From: Planctomycetota bacterium
Lineage (GTDB): Bacteria > Planctomycetota > B15-G4 > SIAN01
DNA length: 64,000 nt
Direction of reading: 5' to 3'
Assembly (NCBI GenBank): GCA_031409275.1
Contig: JANNXA010000016.1
Span: forward strand, 32,001 to 96,000
A program made the translations under genes and the position numbers. A model generated the notes under the pieces. It saw only the letters and a program-made list of their open reading frames with translations, was not told where the DNA came from and searched no databases. This document shows positions 41,755 to 51,958 of the stretch, piece after piece; within the stretch, counting starts at the first letter, position 1; every line of letters starts with the position of its first letter.

Positions 41755-42203
41755 AGGTAGCTCTCCTCGCGGTGGATCACCTTGATGACGACGTCGTCCG
41801 CCTCGAGCCGACGCGCGATCTCCTCGACGAGGATCGCGGAGCGATGGCGGCCCGCGTTGCAGCCGAAGCCGACGCGCACGTCGCCGTCGCAATCGAGCAG
41901 CACGCGCAGCAGCGGCACGGTCGCCTCGATGAAGCGGCGGCAGCCGGGCTGTGCCATCACGAACTCGCGCATCGCCGGAGTCACGCGTGCGAAGAGATCC
42001 CAACGCTCGTCGCGTGCCGGGTTCTTCAGGAAGCTGACGTCGAAGTAGTAGTTGGTCGGAGGCGGACCGAACTTGAAGCCGAACGACATCAGCGTCAGGC
42101 GCTTGGTCGCGCTCGGCTGCACGATCGGCGCCACGACGCGACCGTTCGTCTGGACGCCGGCGACGATCGTCGCGCCGGCCGTCGATTCCACCGCTTCCGC
42201 CAT
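41751..42203 (-). CDS. Stand-alone RapZ C-terminal-like domain protein
   Basis: SFGFKFG, FDVSFLKNP and GCNAGRHRS match the RapZ/YvcJ C-terminal motifs (SFGFK.G, D.RFL.NP, GCTGG.HRS); no N-terminal P-loop. Confidence 0.82.
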   Translation of the reverse strand: MAEAVESTAGATIVAGVQTNGRVVAPIVQPSATKRLTLMSFGFKFGPPPTNYYFDVSFLKNPARDERWDLFARVTPAMREFVMAQPGCRRFIEATVPLLRVLLDCDGDVRVGFGCNAGRHRSAILVEEIARRLEADDVVIKVIHREESYL

Positions 42204-42343
42204 CGCCCCCTCCTTGCGGACGGCCGCGCCAGGCGCGCGCCGTACCGCAGAGGGTCATCGGCTGAAGAGCGATCGACGCTGAAAGAAGGGAAATCGCTGC
42301 CCAAGGTCGGGGGCGGCCCGGGGAACGCGCCGGCCGGAGGCGA

Positions 42344-43843
42344 TCAGCGCTCCGTGCGCCGGTGACCCAGCAGCCATTCGATGGCGTGCGGCAGTTGCGC
42401 GGTGACCAGCAGCGTGTGGCCGAAGGCAGCGTGCTCTTCGATTTCGAGCGGCGCGCCGCGCGCCTGCGCCGCCCGCGCACCGCGCAGCAGCGGTCCCGGC
42501 GGCACGATCGGATCGATGGCACCCACCAGCAGCAGCGTCGGCGGCAGCTCGTCGCTCGGGGAGGAGGCGCCGCCGAAGCTCCCGCCGGCCAGGCACGCGG
42601 CGGCGGCCCACCGCTGCGGCACCTGACGCGCGAGCTGCGCCGTCGCGCCGGCTCCCATCGAGTGGCCGAGCAGGTAGACGCGCGCGCGATCGACGGCGTA
42701 GAGACGAGCCATCTCCTCGATCAGCGCGTCGACATGGCGCGCGTCGCTGGCGAAGAGGCTCGTCTGCGGAGTCGCAACCAGGAAGCCGTGCTCGTCGGCG
42801 AGGCGCACCAGCAGCCCCGCGCCATAGCCGTCGATGAACATCCGCTCGTCGCCGCCGGCGCCGTGCAGCGCGATGACCAGCGGCGCCGGCGCCGCATCGG
42901 GCGGCACCAACGCGATCGGTGCGTAGGTGCAGAGCGGCAGCTCGCGCCGCCCCACCTGCAGCACGCGCCAGAGCTCGCCCGCGCGCCGGTCGTAGGGATC
43001 GCGACCGGCACGCAACGCGGCCGCTTCGGAGTGGACGGCGCGCAGCAGCGCGAGCGGCTCGGCCAGGAACTGCGCCGAGTTCAGCGCCGAAGGCGTGTCG
43101 GTCAGCAGCCGCGCGCGCGCCCGACAAGTGGCAAGCGACTCGGCAAGCGCGGCCGTCGGCGCCGCAACCGTCGAAAGCGACTCGATCAGCGACTCGCGCG
43201 CGCGATCGAACGAGGCGTGCGCCAACGTCGTCGCCGCGAGCTCGACCGCCGGTGCCCCTTCGTGCGATGCGATCAGCCGATGGCGGCCAGGCGCGAGCTC
43301 GATCGCCGCCAGCGGCAACGTGACCGTCGCGCGGCCGGCCGAGGAGAGGCGCAGCGGGGCGCTCCACGCGATGCCGCCGTCCGGTCGCAGCAGCGCCAGC
43401 GTCGCCGCACCAGCGGCCGTCGGCGTCGCGCCGTCGTGCAGCTCCGCGAGTGCTTCGAGGCGAAGCTCGAGCGACGCGGTCCCGTCCGCCATCACCACCA
43501 CGGGCGGCAGCCCGTCGACCCGCAGGCTCGCCAGCGTTCGCTGCAGCGGATCGGCGGCGAGCCCGTCGAGTTCGAGCGCGAGCGTCTCGAGCGTTGCGCA
43601 GCTCGTGGCGAAGGCGCCGGTGAAGAACGCGAGCGACGCGCGGTCGAACTCGCGATTCAGGCGTTCCGCGTCGGCGACGAGGCGCTCGGGATGGCGGGCG
43701 AGCGCCCGCTCGAAACGGAGATAGCTACGCGCAAGGTCGGCGCGCGTGGCGAGTACGCGGCGCGCGTCGACGCCGACCTCTTCCTGCCAGAGAGGCAGCA
43801 GCGCCGCCATCGTCGCCGCGACGAGCCATGCCGCCATCGTCAC
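42344..43843 (-). CDS. Exported alpha/beta-hydrolase (esterase/PHB-depolymerase-like C-terminus)
   Basis: PLVIALHGAGG, RVYLLGHSMGA, GAIDPIV, GH; start overlaps the stop of the upstream gene. Confidence 0.8.
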   Translation of the reverse strand: MTMAAWLVAATMAALLPLWQEEVGVDARRVLATRADLARSYLRFERALARHPERLVADAERLNREFDRASLAFFTGAFATSCATLETLALELDGLAADPLQRTLASLRVDGLPPVVVMADGTASLELRLEALAELHDGATPTAAGAATLALLRPDGGIAWSAPLRLSSAGRATVTLPLAAIELAPGRHRLIASHEGAPAVELAATTLAHASFDRARESLIESLSTVAAPTAALAESLATCRARARLLTDTPSALNSAQFLAEPLALLRAVHSEAAALRAGRDPYDRRAGELWRVLQVGRRELPLCTYAPIALVPPDAAPAPLVIALHGAGGDERMFIDGYGAGLLVRLADEHGFLVATPQTSLFASDARHVDALIEEMARLYAVDRARVYLLGHSMGAGATAQLARQVPQRWAAAACLAGGSFGGASSPSDELPPTLLLVGAIDPIVPPGPLLRGARAAQARGAPLEIEEHAAFGHTLLVTAQLPHAIEWLLGHRRTER

Positions 43844-45198
43844 TTGCCGAGCAGGTGGCGCAGCGCGGCTTCGAGCGTCGGATAGCCCCACTGGTAGCCA
43901 GCCGACTGCAGTTTCGTCGGCGCCACCCGCTGGCTCGAAAGCAGCAGCTCGTCCGCCATCTCTCCGAAGACGAGGCGCGCGGCGAACGACGGCATCGGGA
44001 AGAGCGTCGGGCGGCCGAGCACGCGGCCGAGCGTCTTGGTGAACTCGTCGTTGGTGACCGGCGTCGGCGCCACCACGTTCACCGCGCCGCGCAGCGACTC
44101 CTCCTGCAACGCCTTCGCCACCGCGCCGATCACGTCGTCGAGGGCGATGAAGCTCATCCACTGCCGGCCATTGCCGATGCGTCCGCCGACGCCCATTCGA
44201 AACGGCGGCAGCATCTTCTTCAGCGCTCCGCCCGCGGCCGAGAGGATGACACCGAAGCGCAGGTGCACCACGCGGATGCCGGCGTCGACCGCGGCCTGCG
44301 TCGCCGCTTCCCATTCGCGACAGACGTCGGCGAGGAAGCCGCTGCCGAGCGAACTCTGCTCGTCGAGCCATGCGTCGCCGCGCGTGCCGTAGAAGCCGAT
44401 CGCCGAGGCGCAGATCAGCACCTTCGGCTTCTTCGCGAGACCAGCAAGGCCGCGCGACAGGAGCCTGGTGCCCACCACGCGGCTGTCGCGGAGGCGCTGC
44501 TTCTTCGCCGCGTTCCAGCGACCGTCGGCGATGCTGTCGCCTGCGAGGTGGACCACGGCGTCGATGCCCTCGAGCGGGCGCGCGTCGAACTCGCCTCGAT
44601 CCGGCCGCCAGCCGACATCGGTCGGCGCGCCGCTCTCGCGCACGAGACGACGCACCGAGTGGCCGCCGGCCGTGAGGAACGGCACCAGCGCCGAGCCGAC
44701 CAATCCGCTCGAACCGGAAACGACGACGTTCATCGGACGACTCCCGAGATGGCAGCGCAGGTCGAATGCGGTGACGCGATGTCGCCACGCGAAGGCACGT
44801 TCAAGCGAAGCACGGGCCCAACCGGCAGCGGGCGCGGACCACGGCGCGAGCGGCAGTTGCCACTCGATGTCGTCTTCGAGGATCGAGCCGCCGGGGGCCG
44901 CAAGGAAGCGGTGCGTGTGGTCGAACTGGCGAAACGGGCCTGATCGCTGCACGTCGCGGAAGCGCTCGCCGGGCACGTGCTCGATGTGTTCGGCCACCCA
45001 GCGCCGCGAGAACGGGCCGAGGTGCACGCGCAGGATCGCGCGCGTGCCCGCGGAAAGGCCGGTCGGCGCCTGCTCCAGCGTGACGCGCTGCCATGGCGGC
45101 GACAGGCGCTCGAAGGCGCCCGGCCGCGCGTGCCAGTCGTGGAGAGCGTTCGCGTCGACCGGCATCGCGCTGCGAAAAATGGAGTGTTGGGCTGCCAT
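43840..45198 (-). CDS. TIGR01777-family epimerase/oxidoreductase with N-terminal SRPBCC domain
   Basis: WHARPGAFERLSPPW..GPF...HTH (SRPBCC); SGSSGLVG, ASAIGFYG, CREWE, G.GRQWMSFI. Confidence 0.92.
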   Translation of the reverse strand: MAAQHSIFRSAMPVDANALHDWHARPGAFERLSPPWQRVTLEQAPTGLSAGTRAILRVHLGPFSRRWVAEHIEHVPGERFRDVQRSGPFRQFDHTHRFLAAPGGSILEDDIEWQLPLAPWSAPAAGWARASLERAFAWRHRVTAFDLRCHLGSRPMNVVVSGSSGLVGSALVPFLTAGGHSVRRLVRESGAPTDVGWRPDRGEFDARPLEGIDAVVHLAGDSIADGRWNAAKKQRLRDSRVVGTRLLSRGLAGLAKKPKVLICASAIGFYGTRGDAWLDEQSSLGSGFLADVCREWEAATQAAVDAGIRVVHLRFGVILSAAGGALKKMLPPFRMGVGGRIGNGRQWMSFIALDDVIGAVAKALQEESLRGAVNVVAPTPVTNDEFTKTLGRVLGRPTLFPMPSFAARLVFGEMADELLLSSQRVAPTKLQSAGYQWGYPTLEAALRHLLGK

Positions 45199-45205
45199 GG
45201 TCCGA

Positions 45206-46228
45206 TCACACGTGGTTTCGCAGCATGAGCTCTTTGGGATGCGGATCGAGGTAGGTCTGCATCGCGAGGTATCCGACCGCGAAGCGCCGCACGTAGTGGC
45301 GCAGCAGCGTCAGCGGGACGATCAGCGGGACGAGCCCGGCGCCGAAATCGGTGATCGACTGCGAAAGCTCCTGGCGGCCCGACGCGTCGAGTTGCTCGCT
45401 CACGTAGCCGGCCATGTGCTGCAGCACGTTCACGTGCCGTCGCGTCGGCGCCAGCGTGGCCAGCGCCTCCATGAACTTCCGGCGGTAGTCGACGGCGAGC
45501 TCGGCGCGCGGCCGCCCTTTCGCATGCGCGACCAGGCGTCCAAGCTCCTGGTAGAGCTTGGGCGAATGGGCCATCAGCAGCAGCTTCTCGCGCGAATGGA
45601 ACGCGACGAGGTCGCCGACGGTGAACGGGACGTCGAAGCGATCGCGCAGCCGCCGCCAGGCGAACAGGCGCTCGAAGAAGTTCTCGCGCAGGCGCGGGTC
45701 GTGGAGACGTCCATCCTCTTCCATCGGCAGCTGCGGGAACGCGGCGCTCATGGCCGCGGCGAAGAGCCCCTGGCCGCTCTTGTTGGGCATGCCGTTCTTG
45801 TCGTACACGCGCACGCGCATCAGGCCGCACGACGGCGAGTCCTTCTTGAAGACGAACCCGCAAAGATCGGCTCCGGCCAATCCCGCCGAGCGCTCCTTCG
45901 CCAACGTCGTCATGCCCGCGGTGTGGTCGGTGCCGCTCTTGCGCGCGATCAGTCGCAGCCCGTCATCGCCTTGCACCAGCCGCAACGTCTCCCGCGGCAC
46001 GCCAAGCCCCAGTTCGAACTCGGGGCAGACCGGCACCCACTCGACGAAGCGCCCGACCGTCTCGACGAGGAAGGGGTCGCGCTCGTGGCCGGCGTTCCAG
46101 CGCACCTTCTGACCCAGGAGGCAGGCCGAGATGCCGACGCGAAGGGGCGCCGCGAGGCGCGCCGCATCCGCCGAGAAACTGGCATCGGGAGCGGCCATCG
46201 CGGGGGCACGAGGCGCCAGATCGTCCAT
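45206..46228 (-). CDS. DUF523 + DUF1722 (YbgA-family) protein
   Basis: GISACLLG..VRW, VCPE..LGLGVPRE, KKDSPSCG, EEDGRL.D..LRENF, FHSREKLLLMAH. Confidence 0.9.
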   Translation of the reverse strand: MDDLAPRAPAMAAPDASFSADAARLAAPLRVGISACLLGQKVRWNAGHERDPFLVETVGRFVEWVPVCPEFELGLGVPRETLRLVQGDDGLRLIARKSGTDHTAGMTTLAKERSAGLAGADLCGFVFKKDSPSCGLMRVRVYDKNGMPNKSGQGLFAAAMSAAFPQLPMEEDGRLHDPRLRENFFERLFAWRRLRDRFDVPFTVGDLVAFHSREKLLLMAHSPKLYQELGRLVAHAKGRPRAELAVDYRRKFMEALATLAPTRRHVNVLQHMAGYVSEQLDASGRQELSQSITDFGAGLVPLIVPLTLLRHYVRRFAVGYLAMQTYLDPHPKELMLRNHV

Positions 46229-46675
46229 CGAATCCTCCCCGAGCGCCCGGAAGGCGGCCGCTCGATGTCGGGGGAGAATAGCCACAAAACGTTCAAATCG
46301 TCAGCGCAAACTCCCCCCAAACGCGGGGATCGCTCCCGCACCGATCGGAGTGCCACCTCGGCCACCCGCGCGCAGCTCTTCCGGCCACGCGTTCGCGCGT
46401 TCCCATCGGTCGCGAGCGCGCGGCCCGATGACGGTGCGCTCCTCTGGCGGAGCACCCACGAGCGCAGCAGACCGGACGTCGCCACGACGAGGGCGCGCGC
46501 AGAGTCGAATCGTTGCGGCCGTCCGCGGCGACCGCCGCCATTCGAAGCAGCCGGGGATCTGCAACTTCGCGAATCGCGCGCACAGTTCCGAGCGCTGCGA
46601 CACGAGGCCTTCGATCACGACCTCGCCTCTCTCGTCGAGCGTCCGATGCGAGGGCTGCTACGCTCGCGCCCCACG

Positions 46676-47659
46676 ATGACGACTCAACTCGCCGATCCGC
46701 GCCCGTTCTACAAATCGCTCGCGCCGCTGCTGGTCTGGCAGACGTTGCCGCGGCCGGCTGATTGGAGCGCGCTCTTCGGCCGCTCGGCGCCGCTGACCGT
46801 CGAGATCGGCATCGGCAACGGCGAGTTCCTGGCGCGCGAATCGGCCGCCCACCCGGAGCGCGACCACGTCGGCATCGAGATGCGCTGGTCGAGCGTGAAG
46901 CGGTCGCTGCGCAACCTCTCGAAGGTGGCGCCACCCGCCGGAGCGGCGCCGCCCGCGCGCGGCAACGTCCGCCTCCTGCTCGACGACGCGCGCCCGCTGC
47001 TCGAACGCTGCTTCGCGCCGCGCTCGATCGCGCGCGTGTTCGTCCTCTTCCCGTGCCCGTGGCGCAAGGACCAGCACGAGAAGCACCGCCTCTTCCATCG
47101 GGACTTCTGCGAGCTGCTGAACAACCGTCTCGTGGACGACGGCGAGGCGCTGCTGGTCACCGACTGGACGCCGTTCGCCGAATGGACGCTGGAGCAGCTG
47201 CCCGGCACCGGTTTCGCCGTCGACCACCGCCTGATCGACCCGACCTTCGACACCAAGTACGAACGCAAATGGCAGTCGCTCGGCCGCGACCGTTTCCATG
47301 AAGTGCGCATGCGCAAGGTCGACCATCGCAGCGTCGCGCTGCCAGAGGATCACCCGTTGAATCCGCCCCACCTCGCCGCCGTCGACCTCGATCGCGTCGC
47401 GCCAATCGACCTGTTCGGGCCGATCACCATCACCTTCAAGGAGACGGTCCACGACCGCGAGCGCCAGATCGCGATGATCCGCGCCGTGGTGGTCGAGGAG
47501 CCGCTCACGCAGATGGTGTGGATCACCGTCGCGCGCGAGAAGGATGGCAGCTGGTGGATCGTGCCGTCGCGCGGCTGCCAGATGGTGCCGACCGCCGGAT
47601 TGCAGCTCGCCCTCGAGCGCGTGGCCGAAGCGGCGCGCGCCACCGTCGCCACGCCATGA
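46676..47659 (+). CDS. trmB: tRNA (guanine-N7)-methyltransferase with C-terminal extension
   Basis: VEIGIGNGEFL, GIE, FPCPW.K..HEKHRL, VTD, TKYERKW. Confidence 0.88.
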   Translation: MTTQLADPRPFYKSLAPLLVWQTLPRPADWSALFGRSAPLTVEIGIGNGEFLARESAAHPERDHVGIEMRWSSVKRSLRNLSKVAPPAGAAPPARGNVRLLLDDARPLLERCFAPRSIARVFVLFPCPWRKDQHEKHRLFHRDFCELLNNRLVDDGEALLVTDWTPFAEWTLEQLPGTGFAVDHRLIDPTFDTKYERKWQSLGRDRFHEVRMRKVDHRSVALPEDHPLNPPHLAAVDLDRVAPIDLFGPITITFKETVHDRERQIAMIRAVVVEEPLTQMVWITVAREKDGSWWIVPSRGCQMVPTAGLQLALERVAEAARATVATP

Positions 47660-48573
47660 AACGGCTCGGCGCGCTCGAAACGGGCGGCACCACGACACGA
47701 GTCGCGGTCGCCGACTCCGCGTCGATCGACGCCGCGAGCGCCATCGCCCCGTTCGCCGCTCGCGCCAGCTTCGCGACCAGCGATCCGGCGACGACGCTCG
47801 GCCACGTGGCGGCGTTCTTTCGCGCCCACCCGATCGACGCGCTCGGCATTGCGGCGTTCGGACCGCTCGATCTGGTCGAAGGCTCGCCGACCTACGGCGC
47901 GCTGCTCGCCACTCCGAAGCCGGGCTGGTCGCGCTATCCGTTGCGCCATGCGCTCGAACACGCGCTGCAGGTGCCGGTGATGATCGATACCGACGTCGGC
48001 GCCGCGGCACTCGCGGAGCAGCACGCCGCGTTGAGCGCCAGCGTCGCCGGCGGCAATGGCACGCTCGCCTACGTCACGGTCGGCACCGGCGTCGGTGTCG
48101 GCCTCGCGCTTGGCGGCCGCATCCACCACGGCGCGCTCCATCCCGAAGCGGGCCACCTGCGCGTCGCGCGGGCGAGCGGCGACGTCTTCGCCGGCCTCTG
48201 CCCGTTCCACGGCGACTGCCTCGAAGGGCTCGCAAGCGGTCCCGCGCTCGCCGCGCGCGCTGGCGGCGATCCGGCCCGGCTGCCGCGCGAATCACCGGCG
48301 CTGCGGGCGGCGCTCGCGATCGAGGCCGACTACCTCGCGCAACTGGTCGTCACGTTGGTCGGGCTGCTAGCGCCGCATCGGATCGTGATGGGCGGAGGAG
48401 TGCTGCAGAGCGAGGGCTTGCTCGACGCCGTGCGCGGCCGCGCTGTCGCGCTGACGAATGGCTACGCGCCCGCGCTCGCCGATGGCGTGAGCGCGGCGCA
48501 GCTCGTCGTGCCGCCCCGATTCGCGGGTGACTCAGGGCTCGTCGGCGCGTTGCTGCTGGCGGCCGGCCGCTGA
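47656..48573 (+). CDS. ROK family sugar kinase (fructokinase-like)
   Basis: ETGGT, FGPLD, TPKPGW, DTDV..AALAE, TVGTGVG, HPEAGH, CPFHGDCLEGLASGPA; ATGA overlap with trmB. Confidence 0.92.
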   Translation: MKRLGALETGGTTTRVAVADSASIDAASAIAPFAARASFATSDPATTLGHVAAFFRAHPIDALGIAAFGPLDLVEGSPTYGALLATPKPGWSRYPLRHALEHALQVPVMIDTDVGAAALAEQHAALSASVAGGNGTLAYVTVGTGVGVGLALGGRIHHGALHPEAGHLRVARASGDVFAGLCPFHGDCLEGLASGPALAARAGGDPARLPRESPALRAALAIEADYLAQLVVTLVGLLAPHRIVMGGGVLQSEGLLDAVRGRAVALTNGYAPALADGVSAAQLVVPPRFAGDSGLVGALLLAAGR

Positions 48574-48607
48574 CCGTCGAGCGGTCGCGCGCGCCGAATC
48601 GCGCGGA

Positions 48608-51600
48608 TCACTCCTCGAAGAGCGCGACGACGCACGATCCGTCGAGCCGCACGAGCAGCGTGTCGGGCTCGGCCCCCGGCTGCGCATCGAGTCGCTCGAA
48701 GCGACGCGTGGCGCGATCGAGTCGTCGCACCTGAAGACGCGCCACGTCGCTGCCCGCTGGCGCATGCAGCAGCAGCGTCACCGGAATGGCGAAGGGAGCC
48801 GGAGCGCGGCCGAGTTCGATCGCATGGATTCGGCCGATGGTGGCGTGCGCCGCGGCGACGGGCGCGACGACGCTTCCGGCGGCATCGATGTAGAGCGGCG
48901 GCCCGGCCGTGCTGGCGATCGCGAGCAGATCCGCGTCGGCGCTGCTGCCCACCGGCAGGCGCAACTCGAGCGCGCCATCGAAGTTCGCCACCGCGGCCTG
49001 CGCGTCGGGGCCGACCACGGCGCGGACGACATCGACCACCAACGTCACGTCGCCGCGCGCGCCGCCCGGCACCGTCAGTTCGACGCCGAGCCGCGAGCCG
49101 TCCCAGATCGACTCGGGCAGTGCGGCACCGAAGAGCTCGGGCGTCGCCGGCAACGGCATGAGTTCGATCGAGCCGACCGGGTCAGGCACGTTGCGCACTC
49201 GCATTCGCGGCGCGCCATCGGGCGGCGTCCACGGGATCACCTCGATCGCCCCGCCCGCGGCCACACCGCGCGCGCGCTCGGGGTGAACGACGACGAGCGG
49301 CGGCGGGCCGAGCGAATCGCTGCGGCCGCCCTCGAGCTCGAGCGTGTAGCGATCGCGTCGCTCGCGCAGCGTGAACTCGGCGCGCTGGCCATCCTTCACC
49401 GCGGTGACGCGATCGCCAACGTGGACGCCCATGAGGCCGATCGTGCCATCGCCGTAGCTCACGCCCTGGTAGAGCGTGCGCCGGTCGTGCGCCTGCTCGA
49501 CGTGGACGACGACGCCCGACTGTTCCGCCGTACCGAGGCCGGCGAGCCGCAGCGTCGCGTCGAAGCCGCCGCTGTCGCCGTCACGGATCACCAGCGCCAA
49601 CTCGTCGCCGACATGGTTCTCGAAGGGCGGCGGCACCACACCGCCACGTTCGAGCGGCGTGGTCACCGGCGCGAAGGAGTCGCCGCGCATCCCTTCGTGC
49701 CATTCCTCGATCTGCTGCCAGCAACTGCGGCCATTCCACATGCCTTGGTTGGTGTAGGCCTGGTGGTTGCCGTGCCAGCAGATCTTCCAGTCCGAATACT
49801 GGTAGCCCATGATGCAGCGGCACATCTCGGGGTAGCTCAAGCCGCGGTACTCACCCTGCGGAGCGCCGAGGTACTCGTCGAAGAGCCCGAGCCCGTAGTG
49901 GCCGAACTCGTGCACGACGGTGCTGTAGTGGCCGCGCGCATCCCACGGCCCTTCCCAGTGGCGGCCGAAGTTGATCGCCGTGTTCCATGGCGCGTTGACG
50001 GCGTCGTAACGATGGCGGATGCCGGAGACGCTCGCGTTGGGATGGATGTGGTTGCACGCCCAATCCCACACGTCCGCCTGGTTCCAGCCGACGCCGCCGT
50101 CGACGATGACGACCCGGCCGTAGGTCAGCTGGCCGTCGCTCGCGGCGTAGAGGAACTCGGCCGCACGGCGCATCCCACGCCCGATCTCCTCGAGATAGGC
50201 GCGCGACGCATCCCATTCGGCGCAGACGTAGAGCGAGTAGCGCGTGGTCGAGCGGGCCAGCACGATGTCGCGGCCGCCTCCGGGCGTGACGGTCGGCAAC
50301 TGCTCGCGGCCGTCGTTGCCGATGGTCGCGCTGGAAAGCACGACGTCGTAGAGCAGGTTCTCGACGTCCTCGCGCCGCTCCTTCGCCGCAGGCTCGCGCC
50401 AGATCACCTTGCGCGCGCGCACCTGCCAGCCGCCGGCCGGCACGCCGCCGAACCCGTAGCCGCCGCCGCCATCCGAGATCGTTCGCGCGATCGCCTGGCC
50501 GTCGCGTTCCAACGTGACGTCGGCGCCGGCGACCGGCCGACCTTGCACGTCGAGGATGCGGCCGCTCAGGTTGCTGGCCCACGGCACGGGGACACCAACG
50601 TCGATCGTCTTGCGGCTGCGCGCCCCGTCGCGACCGCTCGACACCTCGAAACGGACCAACTGCGCGCCGCCGCTCGCGAGGTTCGGACGCACGATCCAGC
50701 TGCGCTGCACGATGGCATCGAGCGGCAAGTCGCCCAGCCGCGTTGCATCTTCGGGCGCGGCCAGAAGCTCGAGTCCCGGCGAGAAGGAGGCATCGATGCG
50801 CAGCTGCGCGCACGGCCCGACCGCACCATTCAGCGCGTTCTCGAGCTCGACCACGACGCGCGTCGCGTCGCTGGCCGGCAACGGCTCGAGGAAGGCGCGG
50901 CTGCGAACCGGCGCACGCTCGTCCAGCGGCGCGGGCGCGCCACGTTCGGCAGCCCCGAATTCCGCGGCGAGCGAGCGAGTCGCGCCGGGAGGCAGTGGCG
51001 CCGGATCGGCGTAGAGGGCGAGCGCGCTGTCGGGGCCGAGCGGCAGGTCGGGCGTGAACGCAAGATCGAAGGGGGCGGCGAGGAACGGCGCGAGCGGACC
51101 GAGCAGCAGGCGATCGGGAGCCTGGCCGCCGACACCACGCAGCGCCAGTTCGCGGCGACCGATGCCCACGACAGCGGGCAGCGCATCGCCAAGCCACTCG
51201 CCGGTCAGCGTCGCGATGCGGCGGCGGCCGAGGCGAAATTCCGGCGCATCATCGAAGCCGTCGATCAGGTCGAGCAGCAGGCGCGTGCCGACCACATGGG
51301 CAACGCCCCCGCGGTTCGAAACGTGGAGATCGAGACGAACTCGCGTGCGCGCCGCGACGTCCTGTTCGTCGACCCGTGGCGTCGCTCCGGTGAGGACGAC
51401 GACCACTTCGAGGTCGCCCTCGCGCGTCACCAGTTGCAGCCCGTCGCCTCGCCCCGCGATCCCGGTGCGCGGCGCCAGCATGCGCGCCTCGCCATCGACC
51501 TCGAGCGAAACGCGGCTCGTCGTCGCATCGGGAAACAACGAGAGGAGCGGCGCGAAGCCGCCCTCCCCACGTTCCGGTCGCGCTGCTGCGGCGAAGCCGC

Positions 51601-51958
51601 CGTCTTCGCCAAGCGCGACGCTGAAGGCGCCGAGGTGCTGCACGGCGACGCCGCTCGCCGGCGCGGGAATCGTGGTCCCGTCGGCGTCAGGACCGGGCGC
51701 GAGGAAGGCCGCGAGACGCCGCCACTGCGCCGCCTTCCGCGCGAAGGGCGAATCGGCGGGCGCTGGCGATGCCGCGACGAGCGCGTCGGCAAGCGCGGGC
51801 ACTTCCGCGAACGCCCCGCGCTGCAGCGCCGCCAGCAGCACGCGGTAGCGCTCCGCCTCGCTGGCCGCGTCGTCGCTCGAGCCGGATCGCGCCAACGCCC
51901 CCGCCGTCGCCCCTGCGACCGCGATCGCCGCGACGAGCGCCCGAGCGCCGGCTCTCAC
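48608..51958 (-). CDS. Large exported multidomain protein with carboxypeptidase-regulatory-like domain and CLCA-like Zn metallopeptidase motif
   Basis: Signal peptide; LSGRILDVQGRPVAGADVTL..SDGGGGYGF; LYAASDGQ, VVHEFGHYGLGLFDEY, CIM. GTGA overlap with the upstream gene. Confidence 0.75.
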   Translation of the reverse strand: MRAGARALVAAIAVAGATAGALARSGSSDDAASEAERYRVLLAALQRGAFAEVPALADALVAASPAPADSPFARKAAQWRRLAAFLAPGPDADGTTIPAPASGVAVQHLGAFSVALGEDGGFAAAARPERGEGGFAPLLSLFPDATTSRVSLEVDGEARMLAPRTGIAGRGDGLQLVTREGDLEVVVVLTGATPRVDEQDVAARTRVRLDLHVSNRGGVAHVVGTRLLLDLIDGFDDAPEFRLGRRRIATLTGEWLGDALPAVVGIGRRELALRGVGGQAPDRLLLGPLAPFLAAPFDLAFTPDLPLGPDSALALYADPAPLPPGATRSLAAEFGAAERGAPAPLDERAPVRSRAFLEPLPASDATRVVVELENALNGAVGPCAQLRIDASFSPGLELLAAPEDATRLGDLPLDAIVQRSWIVRPNLASGGAQLVRFEVSSGRDGARSRKTIDVGVPVPWASNLSGRILDVQGRPVAGADVTLERDGQAIARTISDGGGGYGFGGVPAGGWQVRARKVIWREPAAKERREDVENLLYDVVLSSATIGNDGREQLPTVTPGGGRDIVLARSTTRYSLYVCAEWDASRAYLEEIGRGMRRAAEFLYAASDGQLTYGRVVIVDGGVGWNQADVWDWACNHIHPNASVSGIRHRYDAVNAPWNTAINFGRHWEGPWDARGHYSTVVHEFGHYGLGLFDEYLGAPQGEYRGLSYPEMCRCIMGYQYSDWKICWHGNHQAYTNQGMWNGRSCWQQIEEWHEGMRGDSFAPVTTPLERGGVVPPPFENHVGDELALVIRDGDSGGFDATLRLAGLGTAEQSGVVVHVEQAHDRRTLYQGVSYGDGTIGLMGVHVGDRVTAVKDGQRAEFTLRERRDRYTLELEGGRSDSLGPPPLVVVHPERARGVAAGGAIEVIPWTPPDGAPRMRVRNVPDPVGSIELMPLPATPELFGAALPESIWDGSRLGVELTVPGGARGDVTLVVDVVRAVVGPDAQAAVANFDGALELRLPVGSSADADLLAIASTAGPPLYIDAAGSVVAPVAAAHATIGRIHAIELGRAPAPFAIPVTLLLHAPAGSDVARLQVRRLDRATRRFERLDAQPGAEPDTLLVRLDGSCVVALFEE

